From the NCBI GenBank assembly GCA_002269645.1, contig NIVC01001071.1:179228-243227 (forward strand): a DNA stretch of 64,000 nucleotides, written 5' to 3'. This stretch comes from Macrostomum lignano. Lineage: Eukaryota. The notes beneath the pieces are model-generated. The model was not told the DNA's origin and made no database searches. It was given only the letters and a program-made list of their open reading frames with translations. A program made the translations under genes and the position numbers. Positions 1 to 10,773 of this stretch are shown piece after piece (the first letter of the stretch is position 1; each line of letters opens with the position of its first letter).

Positions 1-192
1 AACTGGTGTATGTGTGAATGGGTAAGTGGTGGGATGTGTGAATGGGTAACTGGGGATGTGTGAATGGTTAACTAGGGATTTGGATTGGTATGTAATGCCG
101 GTGGATGGTTATTATAAGCTTGTTTGAACAGTTTTTGTGAATAGAATGACAAGTTTAAATACACACTGTGACACAAATGCATTGCCCTCCAG

Positions 193-705
193 GTGGTTGA
201 CGACATCACGGACGTGAGGTACATCAGCAAGTGGGTGCTCACCCTCATCCAGGCCGGCGCTGACCCCAACCTTGAGCCGTACTCAGCCGAGCCAACCATT
301 GTGCACTCGCAGAGCTCAATTTACCTGCGCAGCTGCAGCACCCAGCCTCTCAATCTGTTCCTGCATCAGTGCAGAGAGTCTGGCTGCCGGCTGTTGCACG
401 GTCCGCACGCGTGGCGCCTGCTCACCCTGCTGTTCCACTGCACCCAGCAGCCTCTGGCCGACCGGATTGTGTCCGACTTTGTGGCCAAAATGAAACGGGA
501 GGATCCGCGCTTTCTGAGGCTGAGCGAGATTCAAGCGCTTGGCCAGCGGCCGAGGAGTCTGAGACAGCTGTGCCGACTGCGGCTGCACCGGCGCCTGATG
601 GAGACTGCTAAAGAGGCTGTGCCCTACCAGCAGGCGGTGCGCTCCCTGCCGCTGCCCTACCAGCTGGTTAACTATATGCTGTTCTTCCAGCCCTGGGACG
701 CTTGA
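193..705 (+). CDS. Terminal exon of a SOCS-box protein (ASB-like E3 ligase adaptor); upstream exons lie outside the window
   Basis: Acceptor ccctccag|GTG at 192/193. C-terminal RSLRQLCRLRLHRRL...SLPLPYQLVNYMLF is a SOCS box. An ankyrin-like AGADPN precedes it. Stop TGA at 703-705. Confidence 0.8.
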   Translation: MVDDITDVRYISKWVLTLIQAGADPNLEPYSAEPTIVHSQSSIYLRSCSTQPLNLFLHQCRESGCRLLHGPHAWRLLTLLFHCTQQPLADRIVSDFVAKMKREDPRFLRLSEIQALGQRPRSLRQLCRLRLHRRLMETAKEAVPYQQAVRSLPLPYQLVNYMLFFQPWDA

Positions 706-764
706 GCACCTGGCGCCCAGTTGCTAGGGGCGGCCAATTGGAATTAGCAAAATGGGCTGAATTA

Positions 765-1320
765 TCTAGATTTGGGATTTTCATAGATTTAGGTTGGGAT
801 TATCTTGATTTGGAATTTTCATAGATTTGGGTTGGGATTATCTTGATTTGGAATTTTTATAGATTTAGGTTGGGATTATCTTGATTTGGAATTTTCATAG
901 ATTTGGGTTGGGATTATCTTGATTTTATGATTTTTTATGGATTTGGTTTGGGATTATCTTGATTTGGGATTTTCGTGGATTTAGGTTGGGATTATCTTGA
1001 TTTGGGATTTTCATGGATTCAGGTTGGGATTATCTTGATTTGGGATTTTCATAGATTTGGGTTGGGATTATCTTGATTTGGGATTTTCATAGATTTGGGT
1101 TGGGATTATCTTGATTTGGCATTTTCATGGATTTAGGTTGGGATTATCTTAATTTGGGATTTTCACGGATTTAGGTTCGGATTATCTTGATATGGGATTT
1201 TTATGGATTTAGGTTGGGATTATTTTGATTTGGGATTTTCATGGATTCAGGTTGGGATGATTTTGATTTGGGATTTTCATGGACTCAGGTTGGGATTATT
1301 TCGATTTTGGATTTTCGTGA
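765..1320. repeat. Minisatellite, ~38-bp unit (gatttaggttgggattatcttgatttgggattttcatg)
   Basis: Unit starts recur at 786, 824, 862 and onward; about 14 copies, degenerating to the right. Confidence 0.95.
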
Positions 1321-1789
1321 TTGATATTAGTCAGACTTAGGGATTTATGGATTAATTTTTTTAGTAACTAGATATCGAATAAAAGGTTACGATTAGTCAG
1401 TCGCGCCTCATCAGTTCATGTGATGCTTACGATTTCATAATTAACATCAATTAAGATTTCTTAACTTTTCGTAAACAACAAGCTTGACTTTCTGTGTGCC
1501 TGTGTCATCAAATGCTATTGAGTCTGCATTATCTCATGATAAAATCGTATTCCCATCATCATTCACTCTGTTCTCTCGTGGTAGTTATTATTATTAACTT
1601 TTACTTCTGCGACCAAACAGAAGCTCACATTGCAACAATGCTTGGTTAACTTAAATGTAATTTCGATGCTGTCTGTCGTTAATTTAATTAAATTATTTAA
1701 TAATCCCCATAAATATATATTTTGAGATAAATGTACTTTGTACAATGTCTAACAGATATAAATATTGAAACATTGAATTTCGTTTTTTA

Positions 1790-2790
1790 ATGAGAAAGAT
1801 TCTGTCTAATGTAATGGACAAGATTCTGTCTAATGTGATGGACAAGATTCTGTCTAATGTGATGGACAAGATTCTGTCTAATGTGATGGACAAGATTCTG
1901 TCTAATGTGATGGACAAGATTCTGTCTAATGTGATGGACAGGATTCTGTCTAATGTGATGGACAAGATTCTGTCTAATGTGATGGACAAGATTCTGTCTA
2001 ATTTGATGGACAAGATTCCGTCTAATGTGATGGGCAGGATTCTGTCTAAAGTGATGAAGAGGATTCTGTCTAATATGATGGACAGGATTCTGTCTAATGT
2101 GATGGGCAGGATTCTGTCTAAAGTGATGAAGAGGATTCTGTCTAATATGATGGACAAGATTCTGTCTAATATGATGGACAATATTCTGTCTAATATGATG
2201 GACAATATTCTGTCTAATGTGATGGAGAAGATTCTGCCTAATTTGATGGACAAGATTGTCTAATATGATGGTCAGGATTCTGTCTAATGTGATGGAGAGG
2301 ATTCTGTCTAATATGATGGACAATATTCTGTCTAATGTGATGGAGAAGATTCTGTCTAATATGATGGACAATATTCTGTCTAATGTGATGGAGAAGATTC
2401 TGTCTAATATGATGGAGAGGATTCTGTCTAATATAATGGACAATATTCTGTCTAATGTGATAGACAAGATTCTGTCTAATATGATGGAGAAGATTCTGTC
2501 TAATATGGTGGAGAAGATTCTGTCTAATATGGTGGAGAAGATTCTGTCTAATATGGTGGAGAATATTCTGTCTAATATGGTGGAGAAGATTCTGTCTAAT
2601 ATGGTGGAGAAGATTCTGTCGAATATGATGGAGAAGATTCTGTCTAATATGGTGGAGAAGATTCTGTCTAATTTGATGGACAAGATTCTGTCTAATATGG
2701 TGGAGGAGATTCTGTCTAGTATGGTGGAGAAGATTCTGTCTAATATGGTGGAGAAGATTCTGTCTAATATGATGGAGAAGATTCTGTCTA
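1790..2790. repeat. Minisatellite, 24-bp unit (gattctgtctaatgtgatggacaa)
   Basis: Directly visible, ~41 copies; explains the 8-aa periodic ORFs on both strands. Confidence 0.97.
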
Positions 2791-2925
2791 ACTGTAAGTT
2801 CAATTGACATGTAGTGAATCTGGTGTTAAATCGATAATATTTTGGACCACGTGGAGTCCCCTGCCGTCCGTGACCATTAACCATGTGGGTGCTGCTGTCT
2901 GCATATATTGTGTACTCGTAGTAAC

Positions 2926-4714
2926 TTAGCGACCGCGGTACCGTCTTGCACTATTCGAACTTGACGACGTCCCGTGAGTCCTCGAGCCAGACGAGGACGA
3001 GGCCACTGTCGCCGAGTCAGCGGAGTCAATCAGCCGTTCTTGGCAGCAGATCCTGGTCGCGTCGATGGTCTCGGCCAGGCTGACGGCAGACAGGTCGCCA
3101 GCTGATGTCGGGTCGCTGCACATGTCGTCTTGCTGGTCTGCCGACTCTGCTGGCGGCACCCGGTACCAGACCTGCTGCCGCATCGCTGGCAGGCTGCGGT
3201 TCCTGCCTGGCCGCGGCGTCACGAGCGGCGGCGCGTGGGGCTCCGAGGAGAGCAGCGACAGGAAAGATAATTGTTGCTGTTGATCTTGCTGTTGCTGCTG
3301 TGTCTGTTGCTTCTGGGGCGGCATCATTGGAATCCGCAGGTCAATGGTCTCGAACAGGTCAGAACCTGCCGGCACGGCGTGGCTGGCAGCGGGCGGCGGC
3401 GCTTTTTTCCTTGTCGAAGCCGACGACGGAAAGCCGCCGCCGCCGCGGGAGCCGCCGCGGAGGCCGCCGCCTCGGTGACGCAGCCGGCCGGAGCGCCAGA
3501 GCGCTGGCTGGCCGTTTCGCTCCAGCCGCTGCCTGGCCTCCCACAGCTCCAACTCCGTCCGGCGCTCCCTGTGCTGCGCTGTCTCAGCCAGCCGGCGCCC
3601 CTCCGATGCTGCTAGGCGCGCTTTCTGCACCTCGCGTCGTGCCTCGGCGCGCAAATTTTCTGCAACTTTTTCGGCCTCTTCAAGGCGGTACTCGACGTCG
3701 GCCAGCTTCTTGTCCTTCGCCAGCAGCTGCTGCTGGAGGCTGGCGGCCTGGCGGCTCAGACGGCCGATCTCGTGGCGCTGCAAACTCTCGGCGGCGCGCA
3801 TGTCGTCGCGCTCGGCGCGCAGACGCTCGTAATCGTCAAGTAGCTGCCTGCGTGAATCGGGGAGAGGGCATTTTGTAAGCTCGAAATTTCCTTCTGTCGA
3901 AAGGGAATCTTTTTGCAACTTTGAAGCTGAATAACCTCGAAATTTTAGATCGTCCGAAGCTATCTAATCTAACACCAATGTCAGACCCCATCCAACACCA
4001 ATGTCCCAATGTCACAGTCCATACAACACCAATGCCCCAATGTCACAGTCCATACAACACCAATGCCCCAATGTCACAGTCCATCCAACACCAATGTCCC
4101 AATGTCACAGTCCATACAACACCAATGTCCCAATGTCACAGTCCATACAACACCAATGCCCCAATGTCACAGTCCATACAACACCAATGCCCCAATGTCA
4201 CAGTCCATACAACACCAATGCCCCAATGTCACAGTCCATACAACACCAATGCCCCAATGTCACAGTCCATACAACACCAATGCCCCAATGTCACAGTCCA
4301 TACAACACCAATGCCCCAATATCACAGTCCATACAACACCAATGCCCCAATGTCACAGTCCATACAACACCAATGCCCCAATGATAGAGTCGTTTTGACA
4401 TTTCTCATCAAGCAGAGGACGATCCCCCTGCACCGCTCGTCCGTTGGGCCTCCTCACTTGAACAGCTGCAGCACGTCGTCTCCTGACGTGAGCATCGCCG
4501 CTTTGCATGCCTTCTGCTGTCCAAGCCGCAGACTGTCAGGCAGTTGGAAGCCCAGCTGATGCAGTCGCTGGCTAATGACGCCAATTAGACACACGGCCAG
4601 GTGTTCGGGTGTCTCCGGGCAGGCCTGCAGATCTTGCTCCGGTATTGAGTACAGGGTGGAGCCTGAGTTTGCAGTGTTGGACGTGCAGGTGGATGGCTGA
4701 CTTCTGGACTCCAT
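2926..4714 (-). CDS. Two-exon coiled-coil protein with low-complexity C-terminus, function unknown (exons 4714-4458 and 3847-2926)
   Basis: Donor AA|gtgagg at 4458/4457 and acceptor ccctctccccgattcacgcag|G at 3848/3847 join in frame (LFK-QLLDDYERLRAERDD). Heptad-rich E/R/Q/L segment. The 5' start is uncertain. Confidence 0.6.
3975..4383. repeat. Intronic minisatellite, 31-bp unit (caatgtcacagtccatacaacaccaatgccc)
   Basis: About 13 copies; 31-aa periodic translation in all three frames. Confidence 0.95.
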
Positions 4715-5121
4715 GATGGTTGGCAAATAAGCACTAAAACTTGAGTTGGATGTTATGTAAAGCTAAACTTATGTAAGTGTAGTACTAGTAGCAACATATC
4801 TAGAGATGTCTTAATTAAAGTCTATGGACTTTATGTTACGAGCTATTTTTGAAAATATATTCGTAAATGTTGCCACTTACATGTCAGTAAAGCGCACTTA
4901 ATAAATGCATTTAAAATGAAATCAAACAAGACATTAAAAATATCTTAATGCGTTCGGATTCTGTTTTATATTTAGATTATTTTCAAACTCTTTCACAAAC
5001 GAGTCAAAAAGATTTTCAATACAGTTTGAAAAGTACTTTCTCTATACTAGACTTTTTCAACAGTATCAAACTAACTCATGGCTCAGATTAGACTTGAAAT
5101 TTTGTCGAATCCTGGAAAATA

Positions 5122-5856
5122 TCAGCCAAAGGGCGACAGGCACTCGCACAGGCCGTCTTTCGAGGTGTATATCTGAGCGGCGTCTCCCAAGGCAATGTGG
5201 GCGTAAACTACATCCTCGATGCCGTCTAAGTTATTGGGCTCTCCGCTGGCCCACAGGCTGGCATCAATGCTGATGTTGCAGGCCACCCAGCGCCAGCCTC
5301 CGTTGGGCTCCGCACTGCCCGGAGTCTGGAAGCCGCCGACCCACATGGCGACGCCGCCAGCCTTCGTGCTGAAAACTTGTCCGATGGCAGCCAGCTCGGC
5401 GCTGTCGATCACGTCCGCCATGATCACCAGACCGCTCTCCGACTCGCACCTCTGTCTCTGCACTGCCCAGGTGTTAACCGCATTGAACAGCTTGTACTTC
5501 ACTCCGCAGTGGTCGTCTCCGTAGTCGGACGGACACAGCGCACCCGGCTCGAGTCCCGGCTGCTGCTTCACGAACACCCGGCCTCTCCTGGAGCAGCCGC
5601 AGTCCCTCACCGACTTGCTGCACTTGTCGAACACGAACAGCTGGCACGGACCGTCAGCCAGGCTGAACGCCTGACAGTGCGGCTTCATGGTGCAGAGCAG
5701 CGAGCACTCGATGTCCGACCTGGCTCGAGGCTCGTTTCTCGTAAACTCGGGCCGGATGCAGAGAAAGCCAGACATGGCGTGGAACATTTGGCCTGACGAC
5801 ACACCGGGTGAGCTCAACAGCAGCAGCAGAAGCGACGCAGTGATAACAGATGCCAT
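5122..5856 (-). CDS. Secreted PAN/Apple + C-type lectin domain protein, paralog 1 (intronless)
   Basis: ATG 5856 starts a signal peptide (MASVITASLLLLLLSS). PAN-like ECSLLC...CQAFSL...C.LF, then a CTLD with TW...C, MWVGG, WRW and WASGEPNN. Confidence 0.85.
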   Translation of the reverse strand: MASVITASLLLLLLSSPGVSSGQMFHAMSGFLCIRPEFTRNEPRARSDIECSLLCTMKPHCQAFSLADGPCQLFVFDKCSKSVRDCGCSRRGRVFVKQQPGLEPGALCPSDYGDDHCGVKYKLFNAVNTWAVQRQRCESESGLVIMADVIDSAELAAIGQVFSTKAGGVAMWVGGFQTPGSAEPNGGWRWVACNISIDASLWASGEPNNLDGIEDVVYAHIALGDAAQIYTSKDGLCECLSPFG

Positions 5857-6916
5857 TCGGTAGCTCGTTCGAGCCAGCTTCCAAGCTTTCAATAATTTCA
5901 GAGCTCCGGCAAGCACAGAACCGCAGGGGCCGGGCTCGGTTGGCTTGCCGCTCGCCAGAAGCGACTAAATAAAGTCAATTTGAGAACCTGGGCTCCGGCA
6001 GAATCAACAAGGCGACAGATCGGGCCGGATTGTCGCAATAAATATTGAATTTTGAATAAAAAAATCTTGCACCTGTTCGTCTGCTGCTGTCAGCTTGAGT
6101 AATACGATTGACAGGGCTGTCTGAGTCTGCAGCACCTGTCTTGCATCCAAAGGCTATTGTCTCAGCTTCAACTTTCCTTAAGTACGCGCTTGATTGACTT
6201 TAGCAAGCTTTCATCGATCATGAATTGCGTTGCGAGTTGACGATAATTATCATCTCTCAAGGAGGGATATCTGTTGCCAGATCGTAAAGACAGTTACTGT
6301 GAGCTTCAGCATATATTCATAAAAGCCAATTAAACTGATAGTGCCTGAAAAACCGTTTGTGTAAGCAGCTGACGAGCGGACATACAGCTGTTGTAATTTT
6401 AATTCAATTGCAATTGCGCCTTCTCTAACTGTTTGCAAAAAATCAAAGCCTAATATGTTGTCAAGCGCCATCTTTGTACGAGTTGTTTTACTCATAGTAG
6501 TATAAAGTGCGTTACTAGACTCATTTATTGCACTTCTCCCTTGCTCCCCTTACTCCAATTGAATACCTGAATGCGGTGCAATATTGACGCCAGTCGCACT
6601 TTTTAAACGTTTCCAACAAAGTCCTTACATACGTGTTTCGACAAACGCAAGAAACTGAAACAGTGCAAGAGCCATCAGACAAATATTGCTTGCAAAACAA
6701 ATTTGAACTCGTTATATTTATTTTTGTTTCAGATTCAAAAAACAGCCTTCTTACACGCAAACGTGTATACTTCTTTTAAAGTTCGAATTCTCTGCCAGAA
6801 TTCACCAACAACAAAGGGTATTTAACCCAACTCAGAAAATGTTTCAAATTTAAAACTTTCACCCAGGCGCAGTGCTAAAAAGATGCACTTTCTTGATATT
6901 CTCTTTTTTCCGTTTG

Positions 6917-7657
6917 TCAGTCAAAGGGCGACAGGCACTCGCACAGGCCGGCTCTGTTGGTGTTGGAATTCAGGGCGTCTCCCAAGCCAGTACGGGCGAA
7001 AACCGCGTCCTCATTGCCTCCTACGTCATTGGGCTCTCCGCTGGCCCACAGGCTGGCGTCGAAGCTGATGTTGCAGGCCACCCAGCGCCAGCTTCCGTTG
7101 GGCTCCGCACTGCCCGGAGTCTGGAAGCCGCCGATCCACATGGAGACGCCGAAACCCTTCGTGCTGTAAACTTGTCCGATGGCAGCCAGCTCGGCGCTGT
7201 CGATCACGTCCGCCATGATCACCAGACCGCTCTCCGACTCGCACCTCTGTCTCTGCACTGCCCAGGTGTTAACCGCATTGAACAGCTTGTACTTCACTCC
7301 GCAGTGGTCGTCTCCGTAGTCGGACGGACACAGCGCACCCGGCTCGAGTCCCGGCTGCTGCTTCACGAACACCCGGCCTCTCCTGGAGCAGCCGCAGTCC
7401 CTCACCGACTTGCTGCACTTGTCGAACACGAACAGCTGGCACGGACCGTCAGCCAGGCTGAACGCCTGACAGTGCGGCTTCATGCTGCAGAGCATCGAGC
7501 ACTCGAGAACAGTGCCAAAGCTCGAGAAATTTCTTGTAAACTCGGGCTTGACACACAGGAATCCAGTAATTTTCGCATAGATGTCATTCAGTGAGCCTTG
7601 GCAATGAGCCTGCAGCAGAAGTCTCAGTGATAGAATTAGCAGCAACGTCTTTGACAT
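6917..7657 (-). CDS. Secreted PAN/Apple + C-type lectin domain protein, paralog 2 (intronless)
   Basis: Signal peptide MSKTLLLILSLRLLLQAHC; same architecture; WASGEPND; central part identical to paralog 1. Confidence 0.85.
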   Translation of the reverse strand: MSKTLLLILSLRLLLQAHCQGSLNDIYAKITGFLCVKPEFTRNFSSFGTVLECSMLCSMKPHCQAFSLADGPCQLFVFDKCSKSVRDCGCSRRGRVFVKQQPGLEPGALCPSDYGDDHCGVKYKLFNAVNTWAVQRQRCESESGLVIMADVIDSAELAAIGQVYSTKGFGVSMWIGGFQTPGSAEPNGSWRWVACNISFDASLWASGEPNDVGGNEDAVFARTGLGDALNSNTNRAGLCECLSPFD

Positions 7658-8801
7658 CTTACCGAACTAGCAATGCATGTTCTAGGTATTGCCAGTTGAA
7701 TTCTACTTTTCTATATTTATAGACAAGTTCTTCGAATTTTGGCTATGGGTGGCATCAGTGGTTTCATTTCTGTTCTGTTCTTATAGACTTTCGGGCAGCT
7801 TTAGTTTTTCTGATTTTCTGAAAGCTTTTACTGAGTGTGTCCGATGAAGCCCATCAGTTACCCATCAGCTGCACGTTCAATTCTGTGAGAGTCTGCAAAC
7901 AATGCGCTCTTCCTTGGCTTTCACTGTCTTCCTGCACGCATGACTGCTGAGTCCTGTCCTGCAGGATGCGAGCTTCACGTGACAGTGCCATCGTCTCACT
8001 CAATGTCTTGTGTTTCCTTTGCCCAAACTTTTAATTGACTGAAAGCATCTTTCTTTCTAATCTTCTGTTGGTTGCTTAGCAACCGATGAAATAGACAGAC
8101 AGACAAGCTGAAGTCAAGCGGGTTGACTCATGGCCATGCATGTATTAGCTATGCCCAACGAAGTTTGTCTGCAATTTTATACGTCGTCTACCTCTACTGT
8201 TAGTAGTACGATTCAAGTGCAAATAGATTTTTATATAGTTAAATGATGAATGTCCGTGATTTAATAATTACATAAACTGTCTGGATTTTTGGAAATATAT
8301 TCTAGTAATAGTTTTTTCTAACCACCCATTTGGCTGATGCACGCCTACTAGTAAGCTGTTTGCAAGCACATCTTGTTGATTACGAGCGGGTGGCAATAAG
8401 TTTTCGCATGCACAAAGTGGGAAAGTGATGTACTCTATTTGTGCATACGCACACAACAATCTCATCACCTGACGGAGGAGCAAAGGTGGCTGCTCAGACT
8501 CACTCGGTCTGGGAAATCGTCAGTGGTGATGAATCCTGGATCGACAGTTTCGACCCAGAGACCAAACAGCGTCGGCCCAGTGGACATCAGTTGGACGCGT
8601 CCCACCAATGAAGCTGCAGCGAAATAGGAGCGTGGCAAAGCATAGATATTATATAAGATCTATTGGTAAAACTGAAAAACTCGTTTCCACTCCAGATGCT
8701 AATTATAGAACTCCTTGCATTCAAGGAATACGTAAGAACAGCTATGACCACAGACAAAAGTCACCGGTGAGCATTGTATAATTCTTTTTGCTTCCATTCA
8801 G

Positions 8802-9326
8802 GAATTGATGCAGGCGTCTATCTTTAGCTTACAGATAGCCAACACCAACAAGAAAAAGAAAATGGCGAACGAGAGCAACGCCACGAATAATCGACCTCGC
8901 TCGTCAGCAACAACAGCAACAACAGCCAGAGATCGCAGCAGATCTCCGCCAAAGACAATCAGGTCCAGTTCAACCAAGACTGCGACGACAGTTGCAAACG
9001 CGCAATCCGATGACAACAGATGCCGCATCTGCAGAAGCTCCAGCGCGGACGACAATAACCAGCCTCTGTTGAGCAATCTCTGCAACTGCCGCGGCAGTGT
9101 TGGCAGCGCACACGCCGACTGCGTCACCAATTGGCTACGACGATCTCTGCAGATCCGCTGCGAACTGTGCGGCGCCGCCTACCCGCTGTGGGTGGTGCCG
9201 AAGCGAGCTCTGGCGCGACAGCACAATCTGGAGATGGACGCGCTTGAGCACCAGCAGGACATGCAGTGGGAGGAGCGACGCTTGCAGTTGGCTCGTCGTA
9301 TGTCAAGAGGGAATTCACTGAACTGA
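8802..9326 (+). CDS. RING-CH (RINGv, MARCH-like C4HC3) E3 ligase without transmembrane helices
   Basis: CRIC...LCNCRGSVGSAHADCVTNW...RCELC motif. Strong in-frame acceptor ttctttttgcttccattcag at 8801/8802. In-frame ATGs at 8808 and 8862. Confidence 0.8.
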   Translation, partial: ELMQASIFSLQIANTNKKKKMANESNATNNRPRSSATTATTARDRSRSPPKTIRSSSTKTATTVANAQSDDNRCRICRSSSADDNNQPLLSNLCNCRGSVGSAHADCVTNWLRRSLQIRCELCGAAYPLWVVPKRALARQHNLEMDALEHQQDMQWEERRLQLARRMSRGNSLN

Positions 9327-10004
9327 CTGAATCAGATCTGAATGTCCAAAGTTTTTAAGAATTCAACGAATAGGCCTGTTGCTTTTGGATTTTTCTTTTT
9401 GCAAATTTTCAAATTTTGGTTTGTAGTAAAAATAGAAGCGGTTTTTGAAAAGACAGATACTATGTATGTGTCTCTATGCGACTTAATGATGTTAGTTAGT
9501 TTAAATTTCGAAAAGATGACTTCCGGAACACACGAGAATGCGAGGGTTTAGAGTAGACAGAGTTTTGTGGTGGCAAATTTATTAATCTAATCTTTAATAG
9601 CTCTGCAATGAGACTTATTAAAGATTAAATTGAAAAAGCGTATTTTTTTATTTATTAAGTTCTAAATTCGTGTCAAATCTGTCATATTTGGTTGCAATGA
9701 AAATATTTTACTTGACTTTTGTTCCAGAATCCTGTATTTTTGTCTATCACCGGTTGGAAATGACTTGGAATAAAAAAGTTCTTTTCCTTTTTAACGTTAG
9801 TGGTGAAAAATTATTTAAATAAACGCCTGAAAGTTTGAAGCGCAAACTTTCTGCAATTTTTTATTCGAGTTTTCACGTCTTTTTCCATTTTGGTAACGAA
9901 ACGCCAGCCCAGCTCAAACATCGGTGCCAAGCTGCTAAGCTTCAAAAAGTCCTACACGATGATGGAAGCGACGACGACCGACAGTGCAGGAGTTGCTGCT
10001 GCTG

Positions 10005-10418
10005 ACGCTGTAAAACTGATAAGACTGATCGATACGCTGTAAAACTGATAAGACTGATCGATACGCTGTGAAACTGATAAGACTGATCGATACGCTGTGA
10101 AACTGATAAGACTGATCGATACGCTGTAAAACTGATAAGACTGATCGATACGCTGTAAAACTGATAAGACTGATCGATACGCTGTAAAACTGATAAGACT
10201 GATCGATACGCTGTGAAACTGATAAGACTGATCGATACGCTGTAAACCTGATAAGACTGATCGATACGCTGTGAAACTGATAAGACTGATCGATACGCTG
10301 TAAAACTGATAAGACTGATCGATACGCTGTAAAACTGATAAGACTGATCGATACGCTGTAAAACTGATAAGACTGATCGATACGCTGTAAAACTGATAAG
10401 ACTGATCGATACGCTGTA
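10005..10418. repeat. Minisatellite, 29-bp unit (acgctgtaaaactgataagactgatcgat)
   Basis: About 14 near-perfect copies. Confidence 0.97.
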
Positions 10419-10773
10419 ATGTAAAAGACTCAACCCTGCTTCGTTAAAGACTAGAAAAGCACTAAAAATAAAAAAGCGTCAGATGCCGTCCGGTAGTCAT
10501 AAGTCGGCATGGATTTTCTCGGAAACTAATGAAGCGAATAGTGACTGATTTCGGTGTAATTAATGCATCGAAATTCTTTTCAAGCAATACGAAAGTAGTA
10601 GTTCAATGTGTTAAAACTGATTTTTCAGTGCTAAATACTCAAGTATTAGTTCGATTTATTCAATATAAAGTTGAAAATTTCTATTGATTAATAAAACAGT
10701 CAGTTTATGCAATCATTTTAATAAAGAAGTTCCACCTGCCCACTTCCAAGCAGCCACATGCCGGGCCAGGTGA

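Noticed and set aside
1693-2884. Long ORFs on both strands with 8-aa periodicity; similar ORFs at 4001-4398, 9942-10433, 12228-13689, 19714-20430, 34318-34986, 50822-51398 and 55240-55689
   Set aside because: They are translations of stop-free minisatellite units, not genes.
6250-6760. Two short minus-strand ORFs between the lectin paralogs (possible viral or transposon remnant)
   Set aside because: AT-rich, no recognisable motif and no splice support.
8503-8614. Possible minus-strand exon (acceptor gctgcag, donor gtgagt)
   Set aside because: No partner exons or recognisable peptide; it could be chance.
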